Shown here: piece by piece, positions 62,998 to 64,000 of the stretch
Layout of the letters: each line of letters starts with the position of its first letter
Position numbering within the stretch: position 1 is the first letter of the stretch
From: Coniocarpon cinnabarinum
Taxonomy: Eukaryota
Length of the DNA: 64,000 nucleotides
Assembly: GCA_051942205.1 (NCBI GenBank)
Contig: JAVECO010000001.1
Coordinates: 248,001-312,000, forward strand
Reading direction: 5' to 3'
Notes under the pieces: generated by a model
What the model saw: only the letters and a program-made list of their open reading frames with translations
Databases searched by the model: none
What the model was told of the DNA's origin: nothing
Position numbers and translations under genes: made by a program

Positions 62998-63120
62998 TTG
63001 TGTTTCAATGGTTCGGTCGTGGTAAACCGTTACGATAACGGTTCGGTTCTTGCTTTTATCGGTTTTTGTAGCGCGCTATACCGAACCAGAACCGGACCGA
63101 ACCGAACCATTGACCACACT
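62998..63120. mobile_element. Small MITE-like / non-autonomous DNA transposon relic
   Basis: Inverted termini caatggttcgg (63006-63016) / ccgaaccattg (63102-63112), imperfectly extendable outward; clustered GGTTC/GAACC units; internal hairpin aaccgtta-cga-taacggtt. No target-site duplication identified. Confidence 0.5.
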
Positions 63121-63152
63121 TGATTCGAGCATAGCGAAGTTGTACCCTTCTT

Positions 63153-63931
63153 TTAGGACTCCATGTGAGGGTCCTTGCGCGCTATGATAAAATAGTGAGG
63201 CTCATCATCGCTGACAGCCCCCTCAGGCGGCGCGAATACGTCAGTCTCGTCATGAATGATGCTGAATCCAACATCCTCGACTTCGATCAGCTTCCAGACG
63301 ACTAGCTGCATGCAAGGGGGATTGCGGACTTAAACGCCCCAAGACTCACAGTCAATAGCTCCTTCCATGCCTTCTTTGTGAACAATGTCATGTAAACTTC
63401 GTGGTTCATGAACGTGAACGGTATGCCCTGTGCGCATTTGTGATCCCCATGCCACATGTCTCCTGTTGCGCGAGTATCCTCAGCCCCGAACGCTCCGAGC
63501 AGGAGTGTCCCGCCAAGTTTGAGCCACTCCGCAAATTTGGAGGCCATATGCTCAATCTTAGGGCGACTAAGTTCAAACAATGAGAGCATTACCACTATGG
63601 CGTCAAATCGAGAAGGAGGAACGTATTTTAGCATATTTGTGACTTCGAATGTGCCGTCCGGGATCTGCGCGCGACTCAGTCCGACCATGGTGGATGCGAA
63701 ATCGATGCCGTGGACGTGACGGCCGGAGTCAGCGATCGCCTTGGCGACAGACTTTCCAGTACCGCAGCCACAGTCAAGCACTCTGGCACTTGCGGGAACA
63801 TGTTGGAGAAAGCGTTGGACGATGCTGTTGAGGCCGACATCATGGCCAAATGCCTCTTCATATTGCTTGCCGATTTGATTGTAGAAATTGCTGGACTCGA
63901 CCGTCGTTTGAGATGTAAGAGACTTCTTCAT
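63153..63931 (-). CDS. Class I SAM-dependent methyltransferase, 2 exons
   Basis: YEEAFGHD, VLDCGCGTGK, GIDFASTMV, WLK.GG.LL, FM...V...LFT..W; donor GTGAGT at 63349; last exon GFSII..E...F.PP....DEPHYFIIARK. Confidence 0.88.
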
Positions 63932-64000
63932 GATGGTAGGCCTGTGTACAGTTGCAAGTCGTGGTTGAGGAGAGCAGACGTCGAGAACAGAAGAGGCGAA

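Noticed and set aside
63153..63350. Suspected frameshift in the last methyltransferase exon
   Set aside because: On re-reading, GAG GGG GCT keeps the frame through EPHYFIIARK to TAA; only the acceptor choice is ambiguous.
1..64000. CRISPR array, rRNA, intact transposase/retroelement or Starship captain
   Set aside because: No repeat-spacer array, rRNA signature, or RT/integrase/DDE/tyrosine-recombinase motifs seen.

Overview
Eukaryotic DNA from a filamentous ascomycete (Pezizomycotina), shown by short GT-AG introns with CTRAC/CTRAY branch points and fungal gene families. Two housekeeping blocks (RPP0-TRM82-TRR1 at 3.8-8.8 kb; MSH1-OPA3-NPL4-SEC66-MesA/MSB1 at 34.5-47 kb) flank a ~25 kb accessory-looking interval. 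That interval holds two paralogous Pth11-like membrane proteins (one frameshifted), a HeLo-like/ubiquitin-like-domain gene, a methyltransferase, an amidase, a BCS1-like AAA ATPase with one in-frame TAG at a likely Trp codon, a P450, secreted proteins (one pseudogenised), RIP-like AT-rich relics and an SRR1-like gene. The right part holds a DUF3140 gene, a bacterial-type Asp/Glu racemase with an intron, a Gly/Tyr-rich protein, two more methyltransferases, PFA4, a PAS hybrid histidine kinase, a vWA protein and a small MITE-like element. The most notable signals are the single TAG in the otherwise intact BCS1-like gene and an AUG-less, presequence-like in-frame extension of thioredoxin reductase. 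Also notable are a HeLo-like ORF ending in an amyloid-motif-like segment and the racemase. I found no rRNA, tRNA or CRISPR. All family calls come from motif recognition by eye, not database searches, and exon boundaries are manual estimates.
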